64,000 nt of DNA from Armatimonadota bacterium. Its GTDB lineage: Bacteria > Armatimonadota > SYMT01. The translations under genes and the position numbers were made by a program. Shown in pieces: positions 28,937-37,953 of the stretch. The notes beneath the pieces are model-generated. The model was not told where the DNA came from, made no database searches, and saw nothing but the letters and a program-made list of their open reading frames with translations. The stretch spans positions 53,249 through 117,248 of the forward strand of contig JBKBRF010000019.1 in the NCBI GenBank assembly GCA_046292385.1, read 5' to 3'. How positions within the stretch are numbered: position 1 is the first letter of the stretch; each line of letters starts with the position of its first letter.

Positions 28937-30630
28937 TTCGACTCCACCACCAGCAAGTCACCGGGGACTTGCGGCGACTCCACCACCGTACGGCGTCCGC
29001 TCGGCCACCGTACCTCCACTCGATCGACCTGCCGGGTCGCTCCCAGGCCGACGTGCACCCGCGGATCGCTGGCGGAGAGATAGCTCCCGCAGGTGGCAGC
29101 CTGGGCCGTCCACCGCTGCTCCCCGGCGATCACCTGGATCCGCGCTCCAATCCCGTCCCGGTTGCTCCGGGTGCCTCGCAGCTTGACGCGCAGCCAGTTC
29201 CCAGGCTGCGGATGGCGGTTGATCAGCACCCGGGCGGTGCCTTCCAGATCGGTCGCCACCGCGTCCAGCAGACCATCGTCGTTCAGGTCGCCGGTCGCGA
29301 TTCCCCGAATGACTCCCGGCGTGGTCAAGGAGCTTCCCGCTTCCGCGGAGGCGTCGGAGAACCCGCCACCCTCCCGGCTGCGGAAGAGCTGCATCGGCTG
29401 CGCGTATTGCCCCAGCTTGTCGATCAGCGGCTGGTTATCGTGGATGTGCCCGTTCCCGACGAGGAGGTCGAGCCAGCCGTCGTTATCCGCGTCCAGAAAC
29501 TTGGTACCGAAGCCCACGTACGGACGCGTCAGCTGGTCCACTCCCAGCGCCAGGCTGCGGTTCTCGAACATCTCTCCGCCGCGGTTCAGGTAGACGCTGG
29601 TCGGCTCGAACTCGTAGGTGCTCACCACCAGGTCGAGCCGCTGATCCCGGTCGAGGTCGCCGAACTCCACCCCCATCGCCCCCTGCATCTTGCCATCGGC
29701 GCTGGTGGCGACTCCGGCCGCGAAGGCCTTGTTGACGAACCGCTTGCCTCCCTGGTTGAGGAAGAGGTCTCCCGGCATCTCGTCGTTGCCGAGATAGAGA
29801 TCGGGCCAGCCGTCGTCGTTCACGTCGGCAAACGCCGCCCCGAGGCACTTCCCGTGCTGCTTGTCCAGCCCGTACTCCCGGGTGACGTCCTGAAACCGGA
29901 AGTTGCCCCGGTTCAGGTAGAGGCTGCCGAACTGGGGGTCGTAGAACATCGGCCCGCACGAAGACTGGTACTCCCCGTAATCGCAGAGCCGGATCGTCTC
30001 CTCGTTGAAGACGACGTACCGGCCCACGTAGAGGTCCAGCAGCCCGTCGCCGTTGACGTCGGCCACGGCGACGCTGGTCTGCCACGAGGTGGGGGAGGGG
30101 GAGGTCAGGCCGGAGCCCGCGGTCCGATCAGCGAACCGGCCCTTGCCCAGGTTGCGATAGAGGCGGGACTCGCCGTAGCCGGTCAGGAGCAGATCGGGGA
30201 GGCCGTCGTTATCGAAGTCGCCGGAAGCGACCCCGAGATACATGCCCGGCGCCTCCAGTCCGCTGCCGGCGGTGACGTTCTCGAATCTCCCCGTCCCGTC
30301 GTTGCGGAAAAGGCCGCAGCGCCCGTCCCCCGCGCCGGTCTGGCCGACCAGAAAGAGGTCGGCATGTCCGTCTGCGTCGAAGTCGAGCACGGCGCACCCG
30401 GTGCCCATCGTCTCCAGGATCGTCAGGGGCGACCGGCCGCCGTGTCCGAGGCGAAACTCGACGCCTCGGGCCGCCGCCTCATCCACCAGCCAGCCCGGCG
30501 GCTCCTTCCGCGCCGGCGCCGCGCCGCCGGGGCGCGCCGGGGAAGAAGCTCCGTTTCCACGTGCCAGGGCGAAGGCGCCCAGCCCCAGGAGTGCCGGCAC
30601 GACTACCACCGCTGCAATCACTCGCCGCAT
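28933..30630 (-). CDS. CRTAC1-family (ASPIC/UnbV) secreted protein 3
   Basis: Signal peptide without lipobox; FG-GAP repeats; SNRDGIGARI, SYLSASDPRVHVGLG, VRWPSG. Confidence 0.9.
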   Translation of the reverse strand: MRRVIAAVVVVPALLGLGAFALARGNGASSPARPGGAAPARKEPPGWLVDEAAARGVEFRLGHGGRSPLTILETMGTGCAVLDFDADGHADLFLVGQTGAGDGRCGLFRNDGTGRFENVTAGSGLEAPGMYLGVASGDFDNDGLPDLLLTGYGESRLYRNLGKGRFADRTAGSGLTSPSPTSWQTSVAVADVNGDGLLDLYVGRYVVFNEETIRLCDYGEYQSSCGPMFYDPQFGSLYLNRGNFRFQDVTREYGLDKQHGKCLGAAFADVNDDGWPDLYLGNDEMPGDLFLNQGGKRFVNKAFAAGVATSADGKMQGAMGVEFGDLDRDQRLDLVVSTYEFEPTSVYLNRGGEMFENRSLALGVDQLTRPYVGFGTKFLDADNDGWLDLLVGNGHIHDNQPLIDKLGQYAQPMQLFRSREGGGFSDASAEAGSSLTTPGVIRGIATGDLNDDGLLDAVATDLEGTARVLINRHPQPGNWLRVKLRGTRSNRDGIGARIQVIAGEQRWTAQAATCGSYLSASDPRVHVGLGATRQVDRVEVRWPSGRRTVVESPQVPGDLLVVESK

Positions 30631-30639
30631 ACTGCGCCC

Positions 30640-31911
30640 CTACCGCTTGAAGGCGACGGCGGGATCCTGCGACTTCCGCAGTTCCGCCAGATAGTCGTTC
30701 AGCTCCCGCTCCACCGCCGGATCGGTGCCCTGGCCCAGGTAGACCTGATACTGGTTCACGGCTCCCTCGGTGTTTCCGTACTTCCGGTAGACGCGGGCCA
30801 TCCGGAGACGGAGCGACTGGCGCTTCGGCTCGGCGCGGATGCGGTTCTCCAGGTTCTCGATCTCCCGCTTGGCCGCCGCCAGCTGCTGGGACGCCGCGAT
30901 CAGCCGGGAGCCTTCCGCCGTCTTCCCGGAGCGCCGGAGCGAAAGGCCGTAGTGGTACAGCGCCTCGTCGTGCGAAGCGTCGAGCTCCAGCGCCTTCGCG
31001 TGCTGCGCGGCCGCCTGCTTCCACTCGCCGGCTCGCTCGTAGAGCTGACCGAGCTCGAAGTACGGCTCCGCCAGCTTCCCGTCGAGCTCAATCGCGGTCT
31101 TCAGCTCCGCCATCGCCTCCCGCCGGCGGTCCGGAGTGTCCTCTCGCTGCGCCAGGAGCTGGCCCAGCCAGTAGTGGCTCACCGGGTCCTTCGGGTTGAG
31201 CTGGATGGCCCGGCGAAGCTGCTGCTCCGACTCGTCCAGCTTTGAGTAGTGCCGGGAGAGCTGCCCCAGGTCGCGCCAGAAGTCGGCTTCCTGCGGGCGA
31301 AGCCGCACCGCGGTGTGCATCGCTTCCAGCGCGAGATCGGACTGCTTCGCGTCGCCGTACATCTTGCCGAGGTGGTACCAGGCGATCCCGTTCTTCGGCT
31401 CGATCTCGGTGATCTTCTTCAGCGGCTCCAGCGCGCCGCGGGGGCTCCCCATGCGGGAGAAGGTCTGCGCCAGGCCCACGTAGGCCGGCACCGAACGCGG
31501 CTGCAGCTCGATCGCCCTCGTGAACGATTCCTTCGCTCCCGGCAGATCACTGCGACGCAGCCGGATCGTCCCCATCCCCACGTGGGCCCGGTACATCTTC
31601 GGGTCGAGGGCGATTGCCTGGGAGAACGCCTTCTCACTCGGCTCCAGGCTCCCCACTTTGAGCAGGGCGGAGCCGTAGTAGGCGAGGGTGAGCGGATCGC
31701 GGGGCGAGTCGTGGATCGCCAGCGCGAGCTCTTCGGTGGTGAGGCGGGATAGATACCGCTCGCGCGCCCAGGCGCTGTTCCGGAGGGCGAGGCCCCCCGC
31801 GATCAGGACGAGCCCGCAGGCAACGATCACCGCCAGACGGCGGCGGCGGTAGTCCCAGGCACGAAAGCGCGCCGTGAGCCCGGCCGCGAAAGGTCGAGAC
31901 AGCTCTGACAT
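30640..31911 (-). CDS. Membrane-anchored TPR protein (TPR-4)
   Basis: RRRR + TM; canonical TPR repeats. Confidence 0.88.
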   Translation of the reverse strand: MSELSRPFAAGLTARFRAWDYRRRRLAVIVACGLVLIAGGLALRNSAWARERYLSRLTTEELALAIHDSPRDPLTLAYYGSALLKVGSLEPSEKAFSQAIALDPKMYRAHVGMGTIRLRRSDLPGAKESFTRAIELQPRSVPAYVGLAQTFSRMGSPRGALEPLKKITEIEPKNGIAWYHLGKMYGDAKQSDLALEAMHTAVRLRPQEADFWRDLGQLSRHYSKLDESEQQLRRAIQLNPKDPVSHYWLGQLLAQREDTPDRRREAMAELKTAIELDGKLAEPYFELGQLYERAGEWKQAAAQHAKALELDASHDEALYHYGLSLRRSGKTAEGSRLIAASQQLAAAKREIENLENRIRAEPKRQSLRLRMARVYRKYGNTEGAVNQYQVYLGQGTDPAVERELNDYLAELRKSQDPAVAFKR

Positions 31912-32031
31912 TGGCCTTCAAGAGAAATGCGGAAGACGAGTCGAGCGAGACAGGATTAGCTGCGCCGCAACGCGACTACGAAACCACTGCTGCTACGCCG
32001 CGGCTCGAGCCGGGGCCGAACCGGGAGAAGC

Positions 32032-32065
32032 GGCTCCGGGTGCGAAGCAACCCGCACCCGGAGCC
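32032..32065 (-). terminator. Hairpin terminator after prepilin 1
   Basis: ggctccgggtgcg / cgcacccggagcc 13-bp stem 20 nt past the stop; weak U-tract. Confidence 0.6.
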
Positions 32066-32084
32066 GGACGGAGAGGACTGGAGG

Positions 32085-32912
32085 TTAGTCGATCTTCCAG
32101 CGCCACCCCGGATCGTTCTGGCCCGGCTGCATGTGCTTGTTGCCGGGGAACGTCTTCTCGAACCAGCCCTGATCGCCCGGCGCGCCGTAGAGCGCGTTCC
32201 CGGCGGCAACGCTCGAGATCGTAGAGGTGGGAGTCACACGCACCCACTTGACGTGGCCGTCTACGAAGCAGACGTTCGCCCCGCCGTTGTGGCGCGGCAG
32301 ACCCCAGGTGAAGCCCTGCCAGCTCAACCAACCGGTAATCAGCGAGCCGGACATGCCCCACGTGGTGTCTTCCATCAGCCACTGCGTGTTCGGGCGCCCC
32401 ATCCAGTCGACCCCTTCGCGGCCGCCCCAGTCCTGGTGCCCGTCCATCAGCATGACGCAGTCGGCCGGAGCGTTCACCGCCGCCTCGTTCAGCGGGAAGC
32501 GGTCCCGAGCCAGCATGTTGTTGTAGAGGTAGCTGACCGGGTTCCGATTCCACGCCCATGCCTGGGGATTGTTCGGGTCCTCATCCAGGTCGGTGGAGCT
32601 GGGGCAGCGGAAGATCCCCTTGTTCTTCACGTAGGGAGCCACCGTGTTCTGCCATTCCCAGGTGCCGATGTTGTTCGGCATCCAGCCGCCGAACGGGTAG
32701 CGCTCATCGTAGTCCTGCGTGTACATCTTGATCGCCAGACCGAGCTGCCGCACGTTGCTCTGGCTGGAGGCCTGGCGCGCCTTCTCCCGGGCCTGTGCGA
32801 AGACCGGGAAGAGAATGGCTGCAAGGATAGCGATGATCGCGATAACCACAAGCAGCTCGATGAGGGTGAACCCGAGGGGATGCCCCCGGCCCTTCCACTT
32901 GAGAGTCATCAT
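32085..32912 (-). CDS. Prepilin-type N-terminal cleavage/methylation protein with DUF1559-like body and H-X9-DG motif (pilin 1)
   Basis: [62 protein letters not shown]. Confidence 0.93.
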   Translation of the reverse strand: MMTLKWKGRGHPLGFTLIELLVVIAIIAILAAILFPVFAQAREKARQASSQSNVRQLGLAIKMYTQDYDERYPFGGWMPNNIGTWEWQNTVAPYVKNKGIFRCPSSTDLDEDPNNPQAWAWNRNPVSYLYNNMLARDRFPLNEAAVNAPADCVMLMDGHQDWGGREGVDWMGRPNTQWLMEDTTWGMSGSLITGWLSWQGFTWGLPRHNGGANVCFVDGHVKWVRVTPTSTISSVAAGNALYGAPGDQGWFEKTFPGNKHMQPGQNDPGWRWKID

Positions 32913-32930
32913 ATGCCTTCCTTTCGTTAC

Positions 32931-33152
32931 TTAGCGCCCGCCGTTGGCGCCAGGCCCGCCCATTCCGGGAGGTCCGGCTCCGTTGGCACCGGCGGGGGGA
33001 CCGCCGTTCGAAGCCGCACCGGTGGCGGCATAGGGATTGTCGCTGCTGCTGGGTCCGGGCGCGTTGCTGCAGCCGGATACCACCAGCATCCCAACGAGGG
33101 TGGCGGCAAGGAGCGCCGCCATCGGCCTTGTGAGCCGAGTACACGGGTGCAT
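32931..33152 (-). CDS. Small Gly/Pro/Ala-rich lipoprotein A
   Basis: Hydrophobic signal with VVSGC lipobox; low-complexity tail ending GANGGR; RBS upstream; 18 nt before pilin 1. Confidence 0.7.
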   Translation of the reverse strand: MHPCTRLTRPMAALLAATLVGMLVVSGCSNAPGPSSSDNPYAATGAASNGGPPAGANGAGPPGMGGPGANGGR

Positions 33153-33265
33153 CTCTGCTTCCTGGCTCCTTTCTTGGCTCCTACTCAGTCCGCTCCACCA
33201 CAGACTCAGCGCCGGGAGCGAACTTCATGAAAAGTTAATTCGGAGTTGCGAAGTTGTTTCCTGCA

Positions 33266-33289
33266 TTTAGGGGCATTCCTGCCCCTAAA
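33266..33289. promoter_or_regulatory. Perfect inverted repeat in AT-richer divergent promoter region (candidate operator)
   Basis: TTTAGGGGCA-ttcc-TGCCCCTAAA. Confidence 0.45.
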
Positions 33290-33451
33290 AATGTAATGAA
33301 GACGGATGCTCCGGCGGCGGCGGCTCGCCGGCGTTGCCGGGGAGGCCGGAAGCGGGATAGAACTTAGCGGAGTGGCTTCCGCGCGTTTACCCGGCTGTTG
33401 GCGCGGGGCAGCCTTCCTCTGAACTATCCATTCCTTCTCGGAGGTCCACCT

Positions 33452-33655
33452 GTGAGCAAGAAGATCGTCTCTATGTTGCTGGCGCTCAGCGCCATGGCCG
33501 GCGCGGCCTCCCTGCTCGTCGGCTGCGATACCGCCGGCAGCGGTGGTGGCGAGCGGCCGACCCCGCCTCCCGGCGTCGAGTACGGCCCCGCCGGCAATTC
33601 CGCCGCCAGCCCTGGCGGCAACGCCGGCGGCGCGGGCGCAAACGGCGGCCAGTAG
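33452..33655 (+). CDS. Small Gly/Pro/Ala-rich lipoprotein B
   Basis: GGAGGT RBS then GTG 33452; MSKKIVSMLLALSAMAGAASLLVGC lipobox; tail ending GANGGQ. Confidence 0.75.
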   Translation: MSKKIVSMLLALSAMAGAASLLVGCDTAGSGGGERPTPPPGVEYGPAGNSAASPGGNAGGAGANGGQ

Positions 33656-33682
33656 GGACCGCGCGCCAGTAGGGCGAGCGGT

Positions 33683-33731
33683 AACAAAGCAGCCCCGGAG
33701 GTCCACTGTGACCTCCGGGGCTGTTGTTTTG
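33683..33731. terminator. Bidirectional intrinsic terminator
   Basis: aacaaa-gcagccccggaggtc / gacctccggggctgt-tgttttgt between convergent genes. Confidence 0.85.
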
Positions 33732-33763
33732 TCCATTCGGGGAATCGTCCGGCGCCGGGAGCG

Positions 33764-34933
33764 CTACCAGACTTTGATCCAGTGGGTGCGGAACTTCAGC
33801 CCGAACGGCATGTTCACGTCCTGCTTGGGCATGTGGCAGGAGACGCAGTCTCGCGTCGGCTCGATCGGGCAAACGGCGTGCGCGTCCTGCGGCGCCGCCG
33901 GAGCGGAGCTGTGGCACGAGATGCACTTCCCGTCGTACTCCGCCAGGGTCAGCTTGGTGTCGCCGTGCGCGTTGTGGCAGGTCAGGCAGGAGAGCCTGCC
34001 CTCGCTGTTCGTGAAGCAGGGGCTCTGCGGCAGCGCCAGGCCCTGCAGCCGCGGGAGCTGCGCCTTGTTGAACGGCTCGTTCAGATCGTCGCCCGCCGGA
34101 GAGCGGTGGCACTGGCCGCAAAGCTCGGTGCTCAGCCGCTCCCGCATCTGACCGAGACGGGCCATCTTGATATCGCGAGAGCCGGTGTTGATCGCCTCCA
34201 CGTGGGCCTTTCCCGGGCCGTGGCACGACTCGCAGCCCAGCCCCAGGAACGCCTTCTCCGGCTGAATGCGCTGCCCTTCCTTGACCAGGGCGGTGGTGTG
34301 GCAGTTGAAGCACTCTTCCATCACGTCCGCGGTTTTCACCAGCCCCGAAGGGAAGAGCATGCCGCCGCTGACCTCCTCCACCTTCTGCCCCGGGCTAAAG
34401 TGCCACCGGCCCACCTCCGGGTAGAAACTAAGGCGCAGCTCCAGCAGGCGGTTCTGGAACTCGCCCATGTAGGTGACGCCGTGCTTGCCGGAGCCGAAGC
34501 CGTACTTCGCCGCGATGGTGTCGGTGCCTTCCCTGGTGGTGACGGTCTGGATGCACTGGCCGTCCTTCACTCCGGTGACGTAGTGCAGTTCCCGCTTCGG
34601 ATCGGTGACGTCGCTGGGCTTCTGGAACCGCTCTCCGTGCGTCTCCGCCGTCACCAGGGAAAGCGTCTCCGCGTGGTGACTGCCGTCGTGCGCCGCGAAC
34701 TGCTCCGAGTGGCAGGAAGCGCATGCCTCACTGCCGAGATACGACTTGCGCTCCTCCGGAGTGACCGGTCGAATCTTCGGGATCTCCTGCACGGAGGAAA
34801 CCTTCGGCCCCTCCGGAGCGCAGCTCTGGAGCGCGGGCAGCAGCAGGAGGAGGAAGATCCCCGACACCAGCGACCCGGTCCGCACGCTGCGGGGGAGCCT
34901 TCGGGCCAGAGATGAGAGCGGGTAGGATGACAT
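33764..34933 (-). CDS. Multiheme c-type cytochrome (c554-like), 7 CxxCH, putative lipoprotein
   Basis: CASCH, CFNCH, CESCH, CGQCH, CLTCH, CISCH, CVSCH; LQSC lipobox; CESCHGPG and CVSCHMPK...THWI motifs. Confidence 0.9.
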   Translation of the reverse strand: MSSYPLSSLARRLPRSVRTGSLVSGIFLLLLLPALQSCAPEGPKVSSVQEIPKIRPVTPEERKSYLGSEACASCHSEQFAAHDGSHHAETLSLVTAETHGERFQKPSDVTDPKRELHYVTGVKDGQCIQTVTTREGTDTIAAKYGFGSGKHGVTYMGEFQNRLLELRLSFYPEVGRWHFSPGQKVEEVSGGMLFPSGLVKTADVMEECFNCHTTALVKEGQRIQPEKAFLGLGCESCHGPGKAHVEAINTGSRDIKMARLGQMRERLSTELCGQCHRSPAGDDLNEPFNKAQLPRLQGLALPQSPCFTNSEGRLSCLTCHNAHGDTKLTLAEYDGKCISCHSSAPAAPQDAHAVCPIEPTRDCVSCHMPKQDVNMPFGLKFRTHWIKVW

Positions 34934-35107
34934 GTTGCGAAAGAGCGATCTGCCGCGCCGGTCTTGGGCCGAACGAGCAGAATGATTTGGCGAACGATCA
35001 GTGACCCATCTGCGTAGTTCTAGTGGAGTATACGGACCAACTCTCGCGCACGTACTCCGGGCGTCGCCAAAGTTCTACATTTCCCTGCCGGCCGGTCCGC
35101 CGTTGAG

Positions 35108-36742
35108 GTGCCAGTGTTGCGTGGGCCCGCATTCGCTTTCGTCTTCTCCCTCTCCACTCTGATCCTGGCCGGGTGCGTCGGCGAACAGTCCGGTCGAGCG
35201 AGTGCCAAGACGCCGGATGAGCCGTTCGTAGACGTTACCGCCGCCGCCGGCATCGACTACCAGTTGACTCCGGCCAAGCGTCCCATGCGGATCCTGGAAT
35301 CGGTCGGGTCCGGCTGTGGCTTCGTCGACCTCAATGGCGACGGAAAGCTGGACGTGCTGCTGGTGGGGCAGCCCCGGTGCGCGGTCTACCGGAACGACGG
35401 CGGCGGCCGGTTCACCGACATCACCGCCGAGACCGGCCTGGGGGTCGAAGGCCCCTGGATCACCGCGGCCGTGGCGGATTACGACCGGGACGGGGACATC
35501 GACGTCCTGCTGGCGGGGTATCGCCGCTCGGCCCTGTTCCGCAACGACGGCGGCCGGTTTACAGACGTGACCGCCGAGGCCGGAGTTCAGGTGGGCCGCT
35601 GGTGCAATACCGCCGCCTTCGCGGACTTCGACCGGGACGGCTATCCGGACCTCTACATCGGCACCTACGTGAAGTTCGGCCCGGAATCGAAGCAGTACTG
35701 CCGGCTTCACGCGGGGGGCGCCCATACCTCGTGCCGGCCGGTCGACTACGACGGCGACGTCGGCGCCTGCTTCCGGAACCGGGGCGACGGCACCTTCGAG
35801 GACGTGACGCAAAAGTGGGGGCTGGACAAGGTCCACGGAAAGAATCTCGGGATTGCGGTCGCCGACTACGATGATGACGGCTGGCCGGATCTCTTCCTGG
35901 CGAACGACGAGATGGCGCAGGAGCTCTACCGGAATCAGGAGGGTAAGGGCTTTGTCAACGTCGCGATCGAGACCGGGTCCGCCTACCGGGGAGACGGCGG
36001 GATGATGGGCGGGATGGGCGTGGACTGGGGCGACTACGACAACGACGGCGCCCTGGACCTGCTGGTCGGCACCTACGAAGCCGAGCCGAAGGCGCTCTTC
36101 CGCAACCTGGGCGGATCGGGATTCGAGTGGGCGACCGCCCGCTCGCAGATCGAGGCGGCGTCGAACGTCTCCGTGGTGTGGGGGACGCTCTTGTTCGACT
36201 ACGACAACGACGGCCTCCTCGACATCGCGTTCGCCAATGGCCATGTCTTCGACAACGTGGAAGCAGTGAATCCGCAGTCGTCTTACCGGCAGCCGACCCA
36301 GCTCTTCCGGAACCAGGGCGACGGCAGCTTCTCCTTTATCGAGAGTCCCACGCTGGCGGTCCCGATGGCCGCGCGCGGTCTGGCGTGCGGGGACTACGAC
36401 GGGGATGGAGACCTCGACCTCCTGATCTCGGACATCGACGGCAAGGCGCGACTCCTGGAGAACCGGGCTGGAAACGGAAAGCACTGGCTGCTGGTCCAGA
36501 CCCGCGGGACCAAGAGCAACCGGGACGGCCTGGGCGCACGCGTGACGCTCCACCTGAAGGGTGGAAAGCGCGTCGGCGAGGTGCGGACCGCTCGCAGCTA
36601 CGCCACCGTCTGTGACGGGCGAGTGCACTTCGGGCTGGGCGACGTTACAGAGATCGAGCGCGTAGAGGTACGGTGGCCTTCCGGCGCGGTCAGCCGGGTT
36701 GACAACGTCCGGGCGAATCAGGTGTTGGTGGTGGAAGAATGA
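35108..36742 (+). CDS. CRTAC1-family (ASPIC/UnbV) lipoprotein 4
   Basis: ILAGC lipobox; FG-GAP repeats; GGMGVD; SNRDGLGARV, HFGLG, VRWPSG. Confidence 0.9.
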   Translation: MPVLRGPAFAFVFSLSTLILAGCVGEQSGRASAKTPDEPFVDVTAAAGIDYQLTPAKRPMRILESVGSGCGFVDLNGDGKLDVLLVGQPRCAVYRNDGGGRFTDITAETGLGVEGPWITAAVADYDRDGDIDVLLAGYRRSALFRNDGGRFTDVTAEAGVQVGRWCNTAAFADFDRDGYPDLYIGTYVKFGPESKQYCRLHAGGAHTSCRPVDYDGDVGACFRNRGDGTFEDVTQKWGLDKVHGKNLGIAVADYDDDGWPDLFLANDEMAQELYRNQEGKGFVNVAIETGSAYRGDGGMMGGMGVDWGDYDNDGALDLLVGTYEAEPKALFRNLGGSGFEWATARSQIEAASNVSVVWGTLLFDYDNDGLLDIAFANGHVFDNVEAVNPQSSYRQPTQLFRNQGDGSFSFIESPTLAVPMAARGLACGDYDGDGDLDLLISDIDGKARLLENRAGNGKHWLLVQTRGTKSNRDGLGARVTLHLKGGKRVGEVRTARSYATVCDGRVHFGLGDVTEIERVEVRWPSGAVSRVDNVRANQVLVVEE

Positions 36743-37953
36743 AGCGGCGAACTTCCCTCTATGCCGGGCTCGCCTGCCTGGCGCTCGTGCTCGCGGGGGT
36801 CGGGGCGTATGCCTGGCAGCTCCCGTCCGTGCAGATGGCGCTGCTGGAGCGCGCGTCGCTCGAACAACTGGAGCGAAGGGTCGAGGCGGAGCCGGACGAC
36901 TGGCGCGTCCAGTACTGGTTCGGCAAGCGAGCCGCGGAATCCGGCGATTTCCTCCGGGCGGAGCCGGCGCTCCGCCGGGTCCTCGGCACCGAGTGGGGCT
37001 TCACCCCCGCCGCGACCGAGCTGGGACGAGTGCTGCTGGCGAAGGGCGAGGTGAACGAGGCGTTCCAGCTCCTCCGCATGGCGGTGGGCCGCGAGGGGCA
37101 GCCGGACGCGCGCCTGGCGCTGGGGCAGCTCTACCGTTCCCAGGGCGCCCATCACCTCGCCATGGAGCAGCTCAAAGAGGCGCTGAAGGCCCGCCCGAAC
37201 GATGCGCAAGCGCTTTACGAGCTCGCGGCGGCGCACGCGCAGGTCCAGCAGTACGAGCAGGCGGAGGAGAACCTCCGGCGCGCGCTGAGCCTCGCCCCGA
37301 AGTCGCCGCTCTTCCTCACCGCGCTGAGCCGCATCCGCCGGGAGCGCGGCGACCTGGCCGAAGCCGAGTCTCTCGCGCGGGAAGCCGTCGCCCTGCAGCC
37401 GGACGCTCCCGACGCGCTGATGGAGCTCAGCCGCGCCCTGGCGATGAAGCTGCCGGCGGAAAAGCACCGGCCGGAGGCGATCGCTACCCTGGAGTCCGCC
37501 CTGACCCTGGCGCCGCGCCACCCCGGCCTGAGGCTCGAGCTCGCGAAGCTGCATGGGGAAGCGGAGAACTGGCCGGCTTCCGTGACGTTACTGGAGCAGG
37601 CGATCCAGCTCACCCCGGGCGAAACCCAGGCGTATTATCTGCTCTCGCGCGCGTACCGGGCCCTGGGCCGGACCGAAGACAGCCAGCGGATGGACGGCGT
37701 TTTCAAGCGCCGGCAGGCTTATGACCGGAAGGTCCAGGCCCTGGGAGCGAAGATCGGCGCCAATCCGGAGAACGCGAAGCTGCGGTTCGAGCTCGGCGAG
37801 CTGCACGCCAGCGAAGGAGAGCTGGACCAGGCGGCCCAGTCGTACCGGAACGGGCTCCAGTGGGATCCGAAGAACGAGACCGCCCGCCGCCGAATGGTAG
37901 AGCTGGTTCGCCAGGCAACCCAGCGGAGAGCCGACCGTGGCACGCCTCGCTAG
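36739..37953 (+). CDS. Membrane-anchored TPR protein (TPR-5)
   Basis: MKRR + TM; TPR repeats; overlaps both flanking CRTAC1 genes. Confidence 0.88.
   Translation: MKRRTSLYAGLACLALVLAGVGAYAWQLPSVQMALLERASLEQLERRVEAEPDDWRVQYWFGKRAAESGDFLRAEPALRRVLGTEWGFTPAATELGRVLLAKGEVNEAFQLLRMAVGREGQPDARLALGQLYRSQGAHHLAMEQLKEALKARPNDAQALYELAAAHAQVQQYEQAEENLRRALSLAPKSPLFLTALSRIRRERGDLAEAESLAREAVALQPDAPDALMELSRALAMKLPAEKHRPEAIATLESALTLAPRHPGLRLELAKLHGEAENWPASVTLLEQAIQLTPGETQAYYLLSRAYRALGRTEDSQRMDGVFKRRQAYDRKVQALGAKIGANPENAKLRFELGELHASEGELDQAAQSYRNGLQWDPKNETARRRMVELVRQATQRRADRGTPR

Noticed and set aside
32931..33655. Small Gly-rich peptides as RiPP/bacteriocin precursors (GG motif)
   Set aside because: They have lipoprotein signals, GG is at the extreme C-terminus, and no modifying enzyme or peptidase transporter is nearby
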